Shown here: in pieces, positions 38,001 to 51,177 of the stretch
Position numbering within the stretch: position 1 is the stretch's first letter
How the letters are laid out: the number at the start of each line of letters is the position of its first letter
Assembly: GCF_036321535.1 (NCBI RefSeq)
Contig: NC_087436.1
Span: 122,080,001 to 122,144,000 of the forward strand
Direction of reading: 5' to 3'
DNA from: Camelus dromedarius
Taxonomy: Eukaryota
DNA length: 64,000 nt
Position numbers and translations under genes: made by a program
The notes under the pieces: generated by a model
Seen by the model: the letters and a program-made list of their open reading frames with translations, nothing else
Told to the model about the DNA's origin: nothing
Database searches by the model: none

Positions 38001-39210
38001 CAAACTAAAGTTACAGTAAATACTCACTTTTACACTCAATTATTTCTTAAATCATACAGAAAATAAAAAGTATAGCTACAAATTGTTATAATACTGGCTT
38101 TTATAATTCATGTATTTACCTTTATTGAGATCTTTATTTCTTCATTTGGCTTCAGGTTACTGTACTGTGTCCTTTCATTTCACCGTGCAGGTCTTTCTTG
38201 AGCATTTCTTTCAGGGCAAGTGTAGTGGTCATATCTCCCTCAGCTTTTGTTGATCTGGGATTGTCTTAATTTCTCTCTCACTCTTAGAGGACAGTTTTGC
38301 CAGACAAGGACTTTCGGTTGATAGTTTTTTCTTTTAGCACTTTGAATATATTAACGCACTCTCCTCTGGGCTTCAAAGTCTGGTGAGAGATCTGCTGATA
38401 ATCTTACTCAGTATCCCTCGTATGTGATGACACTGTTCTCTTGCTACTTTCAAAATTCTCTCTTTGTCTCTTCAGAGTTTGATGATAATATGTTTTTATG
38501 TTTGTCTCTTTGAGTTCATCTTACTTGAAGTTCTTTGAGCTTCTTGGATGTTTATATTCACATTTTTTCATCAAATTTGAGAGGTTTTCAGCAAGTATAT
38601 CTTTCAATATTCTTGCTGCCCTTTTCTTTCTCTTCTCCTTCTAGGATTCCCACAATCTGTATGTTGGTCCACTTGATAGTGTCCCACAGGTCCCTTAAGC
38701 TCTATTCACTTTTCATCAATCCTTTTTCTTTCTGTTCCTCAGCCTCAATCATTTTCATTATTCTTCCTTTATTAAGTTCACTGATTCTTTCCTCTGCCTG
38801 CTCAAATATGCCTTTGAATCCCTCTAGTGACTTTTTAAATTTCAGTTACTGTACTTTTCAGCTCCAGAATTTTTTTGTTTTCTTTTTAAAATTTTCTCTC
38901 TTTATTAATATTTCCATTTTGTTCACATTGTTTTCTTGACTTTCTTCACACCTTCCTTTAGTTCTGTGAGCATCTGTAAGACAGTTATTTTAAAATTGTC
39001 TGTATATCTACCATTAGGTCTTTTTTTCAGTAACAATTTCTGTTGATTTTTTCCCTTTTGCATAGGCCATACTTTCCTGTTTTTGTTTTTTGTATGCCTT
39101 GTGATTTTTTGTTGAACACTGGACATTAGGATCTAATAATGTGGTAACTCTGGAAATCAGATTCTCCCCCTTTCCCACAGTTTGCTCTTTCTGTGTATTA
39201 TCATTTCTGG

Positions 39211-39214
<4 letters not shown>

Positions 39215-39246
<32 letters not shown>
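39215..39246. repeat. (TG)16 microsatellite
   Basis: Read directly from the sequence. Confidence 0.95.
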
Positions 39247-39250
<4 letters not shown>

Positions 39251-39529
39251 AAATTATTGTAGCTTGTCTCTGTGTTGAAGACCAGCATGAAGTGTAAACC
39301 TAAGTTCTTCTCAGGTCTTTTCTGAGCCTTTTCCTGGGCATGCTCAGTCACTTTCTAATTTTCCCCATGTATGTGCAGTTATTTTTTAGTGTCCTTGTCT
39401 TTAACATCTGTCTCCTGAAAGGAGAAAAAGTGAAACATGCAGAAGGGTTAAAAAAGACCTTTAAATCACTTCAGCTGGAGAGGGAGCTTCCTACAATAAT
39501 GTGGAAGGTGCAACAAGAATGGCTGCCTG

Positions 39530-40272
39530 TAGTTTGGTGCAGCCATTATGGAAAACAGTATGGATATTCCTCAAAAGACTAAAAATAGGCTTACCTTATG
39601 ATCCAGTAATTCCACTCCCTGGCATATATCCAGAGGGAACCTTAATTCAAAAAGATACGTGCACCCCAATGTTCATAGCAGCACTATTTACAATAGCCAA
39701 GACATGGAAACAGTCTAAATATCCATTGACAGATGACTGGATAAAGAAGCTGTGGTATATTTATATAATGGAATAATACTCAGCCATAAAAAATAATAAA
39801 ATAATGCCATTTGCAGCAACATGGATGGACCTGGAGATTGTCATTCTAAGTGAAGTAAGCCAGAAAGAGAAAGAAAAATACCATATGATATCACTTTATA
39901 TGTTGAGTCTAAAAAAAAAAAAGACAAATTTATTTATAAAACAGAAACGCTCACAGACAGAAAATAAACTTATGGTTACCAGGAGGTAAAGGGAGTGGGA
40001 AGGGATAAATTGGGAGTTTGAGATTTACAGATACTAACTGCTATATATAAAATAGATAAACAGCAATTTCATACTGTATAGCACAGGGAACTATACTCAA
40101 TATCCTGTAGAAACTTATGGTGAAAAAGAATATGAAATATATATAGATATAGATATATATCCATGTATGACTGAAGCATTATGCTGTACACCAGAAATTG
40201 ACACATTATAAACTGACTATACTTCAATTTAAAAAAAAATATATGTATATATACATACATACACACAAAAAG
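39530..40272 (+). mobile_element. Younger 5'-truncated L1 (ORF2 end, 3' UTR, tail)
   Basis: LVQPLWKTVW...CTPMFIAALFTIAKTWKQ...MPFAATWMDLEIVILSEVSQ. Perfect 14-bp TSD AGAATGGCTGCCTG at 39516-39529 and 40273-40286. Confidence 0.92.
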
Positions 40273-41497
40273 AGAATGGCTGCCTGCCTGTTTGTCTGAA
40301 TCTCTGTTATTAGAAGCAGCAATCAGTGATCAGAGCACAGATCCCCAGTATTTGGAGAACAGGGTCTTTTTTGCCCACCCTGGCTCCCACCAGCTGTGTT
40401 CAGGCTGCTCCAGGCTGCCTCCTGGCTTCCTACCTCATGGCTTGGGGGTAGGGGTGGGTAGCCGCTACTGTGCTAAAAGCCAAAATTGACTGAAATTAAC
40501 TGCAATTTACCATTCAAGGCTTCCCAAAACCACAGTTGCAAGCCATCAACAGGCTCCAGAGTTCCTAAATGGTTACATTAGAGGATTCTGCCCCTGCATT
40601 TGTTTTCCAGGTGGGAGACGGAGTCTCACCTCTCAATTCCTGCTCCACCATCTGCCCTGAGTCTGCTTGGTGCAAATCTTACATGCAGAGCGTGATGTAG
40701 TTTTACATATGTACACACCTGTGTAACCTCCATCCAAATCAAGATATAGAATATTTCCAGCACCCAGAAGGCTCCTTCCTGCCCCTTCCAGTTTGTACCC
40801 CCAGAGACAGCCATTAATCTGACTCCATCCTCAGTGATCCTGCGCTTCATGTGAGCCACACAGCATGGGCTCTTTGGTTCTGTCTCCTTTTGCTCACATG
40901 CTGTCTGAGGGACTCACCAGCTTGGTTGAGAGTAGCAGAAGTGCATTCTACTAAAAATTGCTTATAGAACCTACTGTAGGGAGGTGCATCCTTCTTTTAC
41001 ACCCTCGCTCGCTGGTGGGCACTGTGATCACAGTGGCTGTGAATATTCATGTGCGTAATGTGTGGTGGATGTGAGAGCTCTGTCTCTTGGTTTTATATCC
41101 AGGAATGGATGTAAAATTGCTGGATTACAGGATGTGAGTACTTGTGGTGGGTACATCCAAACAGCTTTTCAAATTGGTTAACATTTTACTGTCCCATTTG
41201 CGACATTCTCACCAACACGGTACTGTCAGTCTTTTTCACTCTAGCTATTCTGATGGGTCTGTAGTTGTATCTCATTGTGGATTTAATTTGCATTTCCCTG
41301 ATAAGTAATAATAATGGGCACCTTTTCATATACTTGATGGTATTTTGAATATAGTCTTTTTTGGTCCAATTTTTCAAAGACTTCGCCCATTTGAAAATGT
41401 GTGTTAACTGACTTTTTCTTATTTACTTGTAGGAGTTCTTTATATATTCTGTATATGATTCCTTTGTAAGATAAATTGAAAATACTGTCTCCCAGTC

Positions 41498-41656
41498 CAG
41501 GGTTTGGCAAATCCATCTGTTGGACAAATCCATCCTGTGGTTTTCATATGGCCTGCAAATTAAGAACGGTTTTTTATAATTAAAAAAACAAATGTGAGAA
41601 TGATATGTGACAGAAAGCATGTGTGACCCATGGAGCCTAATATATTTACTATCTGG
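41498..41656 (+). mobile_element. MER58-like hAT relic
   Basis: cagggtttggcaaa...atggcctgcaaattaagaacggtttttata...agcctaatatatttactatctggccc. Flanked by CCCAGTC at 41491 and 41657. Confidence 0.7.
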
Positions 41657-41706
41657 CCCAGTCTGTGTCTGTGGCTTGTCTTTTCACTCTCAATAGCTGT
41701 GTCTTT

Positions 41707-41814
41707 TTATTGTGTGTGGGTAGGGAGGAGGGTAATTAGATTTATTCATTTATTTAAAAAGAGGTATTGGGGACTGAACCCAGGACTTAGCGCATGCTAA
41801 GCTATACCCTCCCC
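41707..41814 (-). mobile_element. tRNA-derived SINE (Vic-1-like) with internal deletion
   Basis: gtaattagatttatt...ggggactgaacccaggac...atgctaagctataccctcccc. TSD TAGCTGTGTCTTT at 41694-41706 and 41818-41830. Confidence 0.85.
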
Positions 41815-43800
41815 CAGTAGCTGTGTCTTTGATAAACAGAAGCTCTTCATTTTCAACAAGTCCAATGAACTATTTCCTAAATAAGAGTTTTATGTGCTAA
41901 GAAGTCTTTGCCCTCTGGTAACAATACTCTCCCATGCTTCATCCTATAAACTGTATTATTTTAAGTATATCATTTATTTCAAATTAATTTTTCCACCTGG
42001 TATAAAGCACAGTTAAGACTTTTTTCCCAAATGGATTTCCATTCATTTCAGCATCATTTATTAGAAGTGCCATTGTTTCCCCAACAGAGTTACAGCAGCA
42101 CCTTTTTCACAAATCAGGTCGCTGTGCATGTGCAGGTCTTCCTCTGGGCTCTGCTCTGGTCTGTTGTTTTATGTGTCTGTCCGTGTGGTTCTGCTCCCCT
42201 GGCTCGGTTACTGTAGCTTTGTAATGCATCTGGATGTCCTGTACTCTTCCACCTTTGTTCTTCCACACAGTATTGGCCATTCTGTATTCTTTGAATTTCC
42301 ATAGAAAATTCCATGATCTACTTAAAAAAAAAACCTCTTGGGATTTTGATTGTATTTTCCATGCATATGACAAAAACTTATATGCAGACTGTATAGAGAA
42401 ATCCTGTCAATAAGAAGCCAGTAAACGCATTTTCAATGGGCTAAGTATTTGAGATAAGTCTAATGAAGAATGCGCAAACTTCTACCCATGAGGCCACAGG
42501 GGCACCTAGCTGAGCCCCACCCAAACTGCTGACCCATAGCAATGTGAACAAACCACACGGTGTGGGTCGCAGTGGATTGTTGGGCGGCAGTTGGAGACAG
42601 ACAGATCCTGGCCCCAGTCCAGCTGGGCTTTGGCCTCTGCTCTGCCTGCTCCTTTGTAGTTCTTTCTCATCTATGTCTGCTCTGAAGAGATGTTTATGTT
42701 TTGTTCAAAACTGTCTGTTTGCTTTTCTCTTTTTGTACCGATGCATCACTGTTGTGTGCGTAAACACAAGGAACATATTACTGTGTGAATTTACTGTGCC
42801 ATTTTAACTGGAAGCTCATGGTCTCGCTTAATTCTTTGAGATCAAAGAATTTGCTACTGAAATTTTTGTTTCCTGAGGTCTCACTTATTCCTGAAGAGAT
42901 CGATTACCTGTCTTTTAATGCTTTGCTCCTTCTTTTTATCATTTCTTTGACTGCAGAATTTTGGTGTACTAACCGAGGTGGTTGTTTCGGGGTTCTTCTT
43001 TTTGCCTAGTACTGTTTTGTTGCATCATGCTTGCCCTGCTTCTGGGTTCCCTGGACCCTGCTTATAAATGTCTTTCAGCCTGAAGACAGCTCTTGTCTGA
43101 TAAAGGTACAATGCAGAGTTGGTTTCCCCAGAGTCAGTTGGTTTAGACTCTGCTCTCTTTTTCTTTTATAATAATTTTTTAAAAGTCTTGGTCTCCTACT
43201 TTTCTTCTGACCTAAGTGGTGAGGGGGTGAGGGGTTCGTAAATTCAGCATGTCCTACTGCTCCGCTCAGCACTGTGTTCATCAGCTGTTTCACAAGGTAC
43301 ACCTGGGCCTCCCACGCCTCCCGCCCCTCACCCCGGCTATGTCCCAGTTGTGTTGGCCGTTCAGAGCCTTACCGCTCATTCTCCGTAGCTGCTCCTCTGT
43401 TGGGAGGGGAGGCCCTGCATTGCAATCGCTGTGGTCACTGTGCAGCTTCGTCCTGACTCTTCTGTCGTGGGACGCTGTGGAAGTTTTGCAGTTTGTGGTA
43501 TGATGCTGGATCCCTTTACCGGTCATAATGTTGCTGGAGAATTCATTCTTTCCCTCCCTCATTTTGGTGTATTATTGCTTCTTTCAGTTTGCTTTCTTAG
43601 GTTACCTTCACTTAGGAGAGTGATTGTATGAGTCTGAGTGTTCCACAGGTCAAAATATGTATTTTTTAATGTCCATTTTGGTAAATTTTACGCTATTTTT
43701 TATTCTTATAAGATCTTTTGTTGAGAATTGTTTCATGAACAAATTCAATAATCTTAAATTGTAAGAACTATTAATAAGATTGTGTTTATCACATTTGTAG

Positions 43801-43884
43801 TCTCGTCTCAAGGAATTGGAGCAAGAAGCCCATTTTGTTGCAGGAGAACAGTTTCTTACAACGAGCAGTAATCAGCTTCGGGAG
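43801..43884 (+). CDS. POLN: POLN coding exon 10 (84 nt)
   Basis: tttgtag|TCT...GAG|gtaaag. Reads [28 protein letters not shown] (thumb subdomain). Confidence 0.93.
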
Positions 43885-44217
43885 GTAAAGCTAAGGCTTG
43901 GTTCTTCTATAACATATGTTTCTTATTCAGGGATCAAAGGGAGATTTATTCTGCATTTATAAATATCTTTATCGTAGTGTTAAATGTTATGAATTTTTAA
44001 TAATTTATCCAAAAAGCATGTAAGCTGTTCGTGTTCTCTCACATTGAGATTCATTACTTCAAAGCCTTTAAATCCAAGAGAAGTAGAAAGTCAGAATTTC
44101 AGTTTCTTGTAACCCCCTGATGGGTGTGTCTTCTCTGGCAGGTCCTCTAGCTGTCACGGGTGTGCGGCCCCCTCAGGCCTGGGACCCGCTCACCTCCCGT
44201 GACTGCTTCTTCTGCAG

Positions 44218-44313
44218 ATCCTGTTTGGCAAGCTCAGGCTGCACCTGCTCTGTCCAAGGGAGACCTTCCCCAGAACTGGGCTGCAGAGACCCCCGTCCAC
44301 TTCAGAAGCCGTG
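44218..44313 (+). CDS. POLN: POLN coding exon 11 (96 nt)
   Basis: ttctgcag|ATC...GTG|gtaagg. Reads [32 protein letters not shown]. Confidence 0.92.
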
Positions 44314-45119
44314 GTAAGGTTCGAAAAGTGGCCCTTTGCTTTTTGAAACAACAGTGTGTCCACAGCACGTGTACGTGGACTCTCAGACCCACCTGAGCTT
44401 CTTGTGGCGGGACAGGCTGGTGGCGACCACCATGGACCATTTCCTTTTTATGGCAGAAAAGGTGCCCCCACCCCAAGGTTCCCCTCCTAGTTATGAGCCA
44501 AGGACACAGAGGGTTATGGTACAGTGTTCCAGAAGCAGTAAGTTAGCTTTATTTTCTGCAAAGACAGTGTGATGGCATTTTGTTCTGAAAACCAAATTCT
44601 TGACCATCTAGACACAACCGCTTTGTTTCATGCCCTTGTGAGACCAGAAATGGGAGAGATCTTCTTTCCCTGGGTTTACTTTAGAACATTTTGTCTACCC
44701 TTCTCTGGAGAAGAAAACATTTTTAAAACACGGAGCAGTGAGCGTCTACTCTAACACAATGGCAGAGTATAAACAAGTATTGAGAATCCAGTACCTGGTA
44801 TCACGGGAAGCCTGTGGAGGGTGTCAGCAAGCAGGTGGTTTTGTGTTGCTGTGGTGAGACCCGGCTCGTCTCTCTGTGCCTCTCTGTCCAGCGTTGGCTT
44901 CTGCAGCCGAGGACGGTTTCCCTCTAGACTCCCCTGCGCACGCTGCCTCTTCCGCACCGCACTCCGCTCGTCTCAGCCCCTTGCTTGCCGCTGTCCCCAG
45001 GCTGGCCCTCGGCGGGTCAGGCAGGGAGTGATGCTCCCCTGAAGGCGCTGAAATCTGCCCTTCCCCCCGAGTCTTCCCCACCTCGGGGAGCGTCCTCCTC
45101 CTGTGTGCTCGGGAGCTGG

Positions 45120-46610
45120 CAGTGGTAGAGCAAGGGCTGGGGGTCAGCCCTCGCCCAGCCGCACAGTGTAGGACACGTTACTTGACTGCTCTGTGCCTCA
45201 GTTTCCTGATCTGTAAAAGAAACATGATAAAAGTGCTTTCACTACTGGAATCGCGTGAGGATTCGGCGTGTGTGCGTGTGCGTGTGCGTGTGCGTGTGTG
45301 TGGTGGTATAGAACAGTATTTAGGAGCTATGAGCTCTCAAAGAGCAGTCAGTATTGGCTGTTATTATTAGCTACTTCATCCAAAATCCTAGGAGTCATCT
45401 TTGATTCTCTTTCATGCTCACCCCATGGCAAGTTTACGGCGTCTGCCTACAAAAACATGCCGTGAGTCTGCCTGCTTGCCTCCGTCTTCCCTGTCACTGC
45501 CTCAGTCTCCTCCTGCTTAGACTGCCCCAGAGCCTCCTAAGTGGTCGCCCGGCTTCTGCCCTTTCCCTGCTGGTGGCCCATCACACCCAGGCAGGATGAT
45601 CTTTAAAAGCGTTAGAAAAATCCTGTCGCTCCCCGGCCTTGAACTTCCAGTGGCTTTGCATGACACTTCAAATAAAATCCAGGCTCTGGGGTCTGTCCCC
45701 CCTAGGCCTGTGGGTCTGGCCTTGCCCCTTCTCTGACCTCCCTCCCTCCTCCCTCCCCACCCTCCTTAGCACGCTTGCTGCCCCGAGGATTCCTGCAGAA
45801 GCTCTTTCCTCACGCTGGAGACTCTTACCACAGGTTTTTCATAGCTGGTTTCTGACTGTCAGCTTAAGTACTGCTTCCAGAAAGACCTTCTTTGGTCACA
45901 GATGACAGGCCCCCAGCTGCAGCCTATTTCTTCACTTTGATTTGTTTTCTGCATACAACTTGCTGTTACCTAAAGTTATCTAGTTACTTGTTTGCTTGTT
46001 CCACACAGATCGAAGACTTCCTCTGACTAGCTCACTACCTCCCCAGAGCCACATGGCCTAGATTAGCCCTCTTCCAAGGTGGCTGCGCCATTCTGTGCTC
46101 CCACCAGCAGTGAGGAGAGTCCTCGTTTGCTCCATGTCCTCGCCCGCAAGTGGTGGTGTCAGCGTCCTGGATTTTGGCCAGTTTGACAGGCATTAGCTAT
46201 GTTTTAAAAAGACCACTCTTGTAGCTGGTTGGAGAGGCTGTGGCTGTAGTGTGGGATCTGATAGCCCTGGAGTCCAAGTGGTGGCCGTGAAGATGGAGCA
46301 CAGCAGACATGTTTTCAGAGCGTTTTTAGAACAGAAGGGAACTTCTATGGGTGTGAATGCAGAGGAATTCCTGGTTTTCTTAGTTGTGCACCTGAGCAGA
46401 TAGAGATGTTTGCTACTCAGAGAAAACTGGGGGAGGAGCAGTTTACTGGGAAGGGGGGACATGGTTCGATCTTGGGCACGTTAAGACAGAAGTGTTCAGA
46501 AGACTTGACACAGAGACGTCACACGAGCATTTGGGTCTGAGGAGAAGTCTTGTGCTGGAGATGCACACTTGGAAGTGGTCAGCTGACTTTATTAAAGTCG
46601 GGCAGGTGAC
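45120..46610. mobile_element. MIR and L2 relics
   Basis: ctctgtgcctcagtttcctgatctgtaaaa (MIR); ccaaaatcctaggagtcatctttgattc (L2, +); ttttaaaaagaccactcttgtagctg...cttgggcacgttaag (L2, -). Confidence 0.65.
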
Positions 46611-47349
46611 CGCCTGGGACAGTGGTCCTCCACCCTGGCAGGAGCTTTGGGAAAACACTCATGCCCAGACCCATACTGACCCACAGAATCAGGGTCTGTG
46701 GGCTGGGTGGCCCAGTCACATACATGTTTTTGAAGCTCCTCACTGATTCTGTACGTAGCCGACACTGATAACCACAGAACTGATCTCTGCGACACTGACA
46801 TTCAGGGTCAGACAGAGGAGAGGTACCCGCAGAGGCTGCAGGCTACCGAGGGGCCACGGTGGGGAGGGAGAGGAGAGTGCAGTGTCGGGAGCCAACAGGG
46901 GGCATGTGCTCGGGCTTGTGGGGTGGCAGGTGGCCACGGCCTCTGCCTCTGATCGTTCACCGGCACAGCAGGGCTTTATCCAGAGTTTAAGGAAATCAAA
47001 CACTTAATTCTTTTCAAGTGTTCTCAGACAGCTCGATTCAAGATACACAGGGAGACTGTGGTTAGAAAGTTATTTTGTGAGTAAGGTATCAGGAAAAGGA
47101 GAGTTAGTTGATCTTCAGCAGTTTTCTTGGCTGAGTATCTTCATGCACTTTCATCCCCCTAGGGACAGCTTTTCTAAAAAACTGCAATTCTGGATGACAC
47201 TGAGGCAGGACTCCTCCCTCTGGGCGGTGCCTATTCCAAGGACACCAGTGTTGGTTTCTGTGGCCGGCCAAGACTTGGGTCCTCAGTCTTTATGCAAATG
47301 GAGAGTACAGTTCTGTGGTTTATACATTAAAATTGTATCATCAGTTCTC

Positions 47350-49250
47350 CCCCAGATTGCTTCATAGATTCAAAGTGATCCTCACTAATACCCTAGCAGG
47401 AGTTTTTGGTAGATATTGGCAAGCTGAATCCCAAACACATATGGACATGCAAAAACTAAGACGAGCCAAGATGATCTCGGGAAGAGGCCTACTGCGTATC
47501 AAGAGCAGTAGGGAAACAACAGAGTTACGAGGAACTGATCAGTTCAACGTATTACCAGTTCAAGGAGAAACAAGTAGGCCAGTGGGCCGGGACAGGGACT
47601 CTGCACACAGACCTCACGTGTATGTGTAAAATGCGCGGTCTCTGTCGTGAGGAGGGCTTGTTACGTGCAGGGCCGGTGCGTCTTGGCCGCTACTTCACAT
47701 CACGCGCAGAAATAAATTCTCGTGAACTGTGTTTCGTAAAACAAAGGTTGTAGAAGGTGCCATAAAAGAATATTTCCAAGACCTTGAGGTAGATAAGCAC
47801 CCTTAAACAGGACACAAAATGCATCAGGCGTAAGGGAAGAAACCAATAACCTGGGCAACAGTAAAACTAAGAATCCGTTTATGAAGAGACACTATTAAAA
47901 AGTGAAAAAGCAAGCCACAGAAGGGTAGAAGATATCTCACCAGGGAGAGCCAACTAAAGGAAACCCTGCCCAGAATAATGAATTTCTATAAATCCAGAAG
48001 AAAGAGACACACAAACCAATGTTTTAAATGGACAGAAAACATGAACAGGGGTTTAATAAAAGAAGATACACAATTAGTCAATAAACGTTTGAATAATGCC
48101 TGACTTTATTAGGGAAATGCACACTAGAGCTACAGTGAAATAAGGCTTCGCATTTACCAGAAGGGCTAAAATTAAGACCTACGATAATGTGTGTTGGCGA
48201 AGACGTGGAGCAGCAGTGCCATGCCCTGGTGACGGGGACGTAAACCGGCGCGCCTACTCTGGAGGACAGGCTGGTGTTAGCTCTACTCCGCGGACCCGGC
48301 AACCTCACTCCTCCTTTTTTTTAATTTTTTAATTGAAGTACAGTCAGTCACAATGTGTCACTCTCTGGTGTACAGCACAATGTCCCATTCATGCTTATAC
48401 ACACATGCATTCATTTTCATATTCTTTTTCATTGACAGTTATTATAAGATATTGACTATAGTTTCCTGTGCTGTAAAGAAAACTTTTTAAAATATATTTT
48501 TCTATATAGTGGTTAACATTCACAAATCTCAAACTGCCAAATTTATCCCTTCCCACCCCCTTTCCCCCAGTAACCATAAGATTGTTTACTATGTCTGCGA
48601 GTCTGTTTCTGTTTTGTAGTTAAGTTCATTAGTGTCTTCTTTTTCTCTTTTTAAAGATTCTGCATATGAGTGATATCATAGAGTATTTTTCTTTCTCTTT
48701 CTGGCTTATTTCACTTAGAATGACAGTCTCCAGGTCCATCCATGTTGCTGCAAATGGCATTATTTTATTCTTTTTATGGGTGTGTAGTATTCCATTGGCA
48801 TGCATTACCAAAATACTGTGGATGTATGTTAACCAAAATCTATGTATCTGAAGTGGAAACAATCCCATATCCATGAAGGACAGAATGGATAAATAATTGT
48901 CCTGTGTTCAAACAATTCCATACAGCAGTGCAAGTAAATGAAATACCGCTTCACACAACAAGGCCCAGTCTTAAAACCACGATGTTGAACAAAAGAAGCC
49001 ACGCACAAAGAGCACCTATCCTGTCCCACTGATAGGAGGTTCAGAACCTGGAAGACGTGGTTTTGGTCTTGCTGGTCGAGGTCAGGGTGGCGGTTACCTC
49101 TGGGGAGGGTGGTAGGGGAAGCAGAGAGCTGCTTGGGAAACTGGAATGTTCCCTCTGGGTGACAGTACCCAAGGGTGCTTACTTTGTGATAATTTAACAA
49201 GCTGTGTTCGTATGATCTTGTACTTTCTCTTATGTATATTTTGGCTTCCT
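47350..49250 (+). mobile_element. Old L1M ORF2 end and 3' UTR, interrupted at ~48315-48800
   Basis: gagacactattaaaaagtgaaaaagcaagccacagaa; aatcccatatccatgaaggacagaatggataaataattgt. Confidence 0.75.
48315..48800 (-). mobile_element. Younger L1 3' end, related to the 39530-40272 family
   Basis: Poly-T then aattgaagtacagtcagt. Minus-strand peptide MPFAATWMDLETVILSEISQKEKEKY. Confidence 0.88.
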
Positions 49251-49602
49251 GAGATTAACTTTAAAACCCATAATCACACTCCAGTGTTACCTCCCTGACT
49301 TTACACCTAGATAATTGTGACTCAGATGTGGGTGTCCCCACACTAGTGAGTTACTCACTAAGTCTCAAGAGGAAATAAATCTTATTTCCAAGCTCATGTG
49401 AGTACTTTTATCTCCCATAATAATGATTTTGCAGGGGATTAAGATTAAGACACTTGATAAACTGAGTTTATTATGAGTCTTTTGGAAAATATGCTCAAGA
49501 TAGACCATTTATTATTAGGGCTTTCTCTAGCTGAAAATAAGTGTTTGAAATGTTAAAATTAAATGAAGGAATTATATTGATGACATTTATTCTTTTTTTT
49601 AG

Positions 49603-49659
49603 TTAAATGCTCTGCAAGACCTTCATCCATTACCCAAAATAATTTTGGAATATAGGCAG
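49603..49659 (+). CDS. POLN: POLN coding exon 12 (57 nt)
   Basis: tttttttag|TTA...CAG|gtaagt. Reads LNALQDLHPLPKIILEYRQ. Confidence 0.94.
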
Positions 49660-50527
49660 GTAAGTTAATTTTTTTGTACGTAAGTTGGTAATGAAGGGGA
49701 ACCACGCGACACCGGGTCTGTTCACAAATCCATGGTCACTGGAGTAGCCCCGACAGTGTTCTAAAGGGAACAGGGTTGGTTCGGGTTGCCCTCGAGTTAG
49801 CCCTGCTTACTTGTGCCCAGACATGCTATTACTCAAGTCTACAAACTGCCCTGCTCAGCATTGTGAACCAAAGGAGTCACAAACGGAAGAGAACGAATGG
49901 AAATCCAGAGGGACGTATCCAGTGCATCCTCCTCGTGTGGCTGCAGTGTGAGCTGGGCGCCCTTAGTCCCGAGCTTAGAGGCCTCTCCCAGGAGCCCCTG
50001 CCCATTTCTAGGCCAGGCCGCGCTCTGCCATCTTGCACTGGTATTTACTGACTTCCAGACACGCTCTTCTGTCCTCTTCTAGCTACTCGTGTTTCTGTGT
50101 TCACACACCTGCGGTCTGTTCGCATAAGCGACTGTGGTGATTGACTGCTGTCCTTGTCAGGGCTGGGCAGCTCGAGAGGTGTGACAGTAGCGTGGACCGA
50201 GAGTGGACGGAGAAGGGGTCCCTCAGGACATGCTGGAGGGCGGGTATTCGAGAACTCCCCATTTATCTGTGCAACTTTTCTGTGAAAAGAATTATTCCAG
50301 AACAAAAAGTTCATTTTGACTTTAAAAGGGGTAGGGTGACACCTCTGTCTGTTGGTCATTGTTATTTATTTCTGGGCACCACCGGAGGCCACTCCAGGGC
50401 CTCCTGGAGTTGTCTGAGGTGGCATCAGCGGCACACACCCAGCACCCCGTGAAGCACTGCTTTGATGCTTGCTCCTAATTTAAACACTTGAACAAAGAAA
50501 GTGATTATTTTTGTCTTTGTAATCCAG

Positions 50528-50581
50528 GCTCACAAGATCAAGTCAACTTTTGTAGATGGATTACTTGCTTGCATGAAAAAG
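50528..50581 (+). CDS. POLN: POLN coding exon 13 (54 nt)
   Basis: aatccag|GCT...AAG|gtaact. Reads AHKIKSTFVDGLLACMKK. Confidence 0.93.
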
Positions 50582-51177
50582 GTAACTAAAGCTAAAAAAG
50601 ATATTTTGATTAGGAATATGGTTTACACATGAGTTCAGACACATGTAGGATTTCTTTAAATAACCTAATATTCTTAAAACTATGAACTATGATTTTGTTA
50701 TCATTCAGGTCTATAGCATAAGTTGACATTATTCCTTAACATTTCACATTTACGTGGCAGCTCTGCTGCTGGCCACACGCTTTCACATCTATTTCTGCAT
50801 CTCTCTTCAGCAGTCATTTAGGGAGATATTGTTTTAGTTCATACATGAGGAATCTGCAGTCAGAGGTGTTCTGTGACTTGTCTGAGGCCACACGGCAACG
50901 TGCACAGCCCCACGCTGAGTCCATGCTGAGCCCATGGTGCATTGGCCCACGTGTCCTATTGCGTGGGCTAGAAGAGAATCTCCTTCACCCGTGACCACAC
51001 GTAGGAGTTTTGTGACCCCGAGGACGGTTCGGGTTGGGAGCTCAGGGCAGTGACTCAGGGGTCTCTGGAGTGGAGCAGTGAACGGTGCACGCTGCAGCCG
51101 AGAGGCTGACGAGTCCAGTGTGCTTTGACCTCGCGCAGCCTTGTCGGAGTGTAACTGGTTCTCTCTAACTGATGAAG

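Larger units (their letters stand above)
33515..40669 (-). mobile_element. Near full-length ancient L1 (3' UTR, ORF2, ORF1, 5' region) with later insertions
   Basis: Antisense L1 in colinear order. Track ORFs give RT-like (IISNDAEKASDNI) and endonuclease-like (STITVGDLNIPLTIMDR) peptides. 11-bp TSD GTGCAAATCTT at 33504-33514 and 40670-40680. Confidence 0.88.
40681..42370 (-). mobile_element. Old L1M 3' segment (continues the fragment at ~33460-33514)
   Basis: gtaacctccatccaaatcaagatatagaatatttccagcacccagaagg followed by antisense ORF2 3' sequence. Confidence 0.8.
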
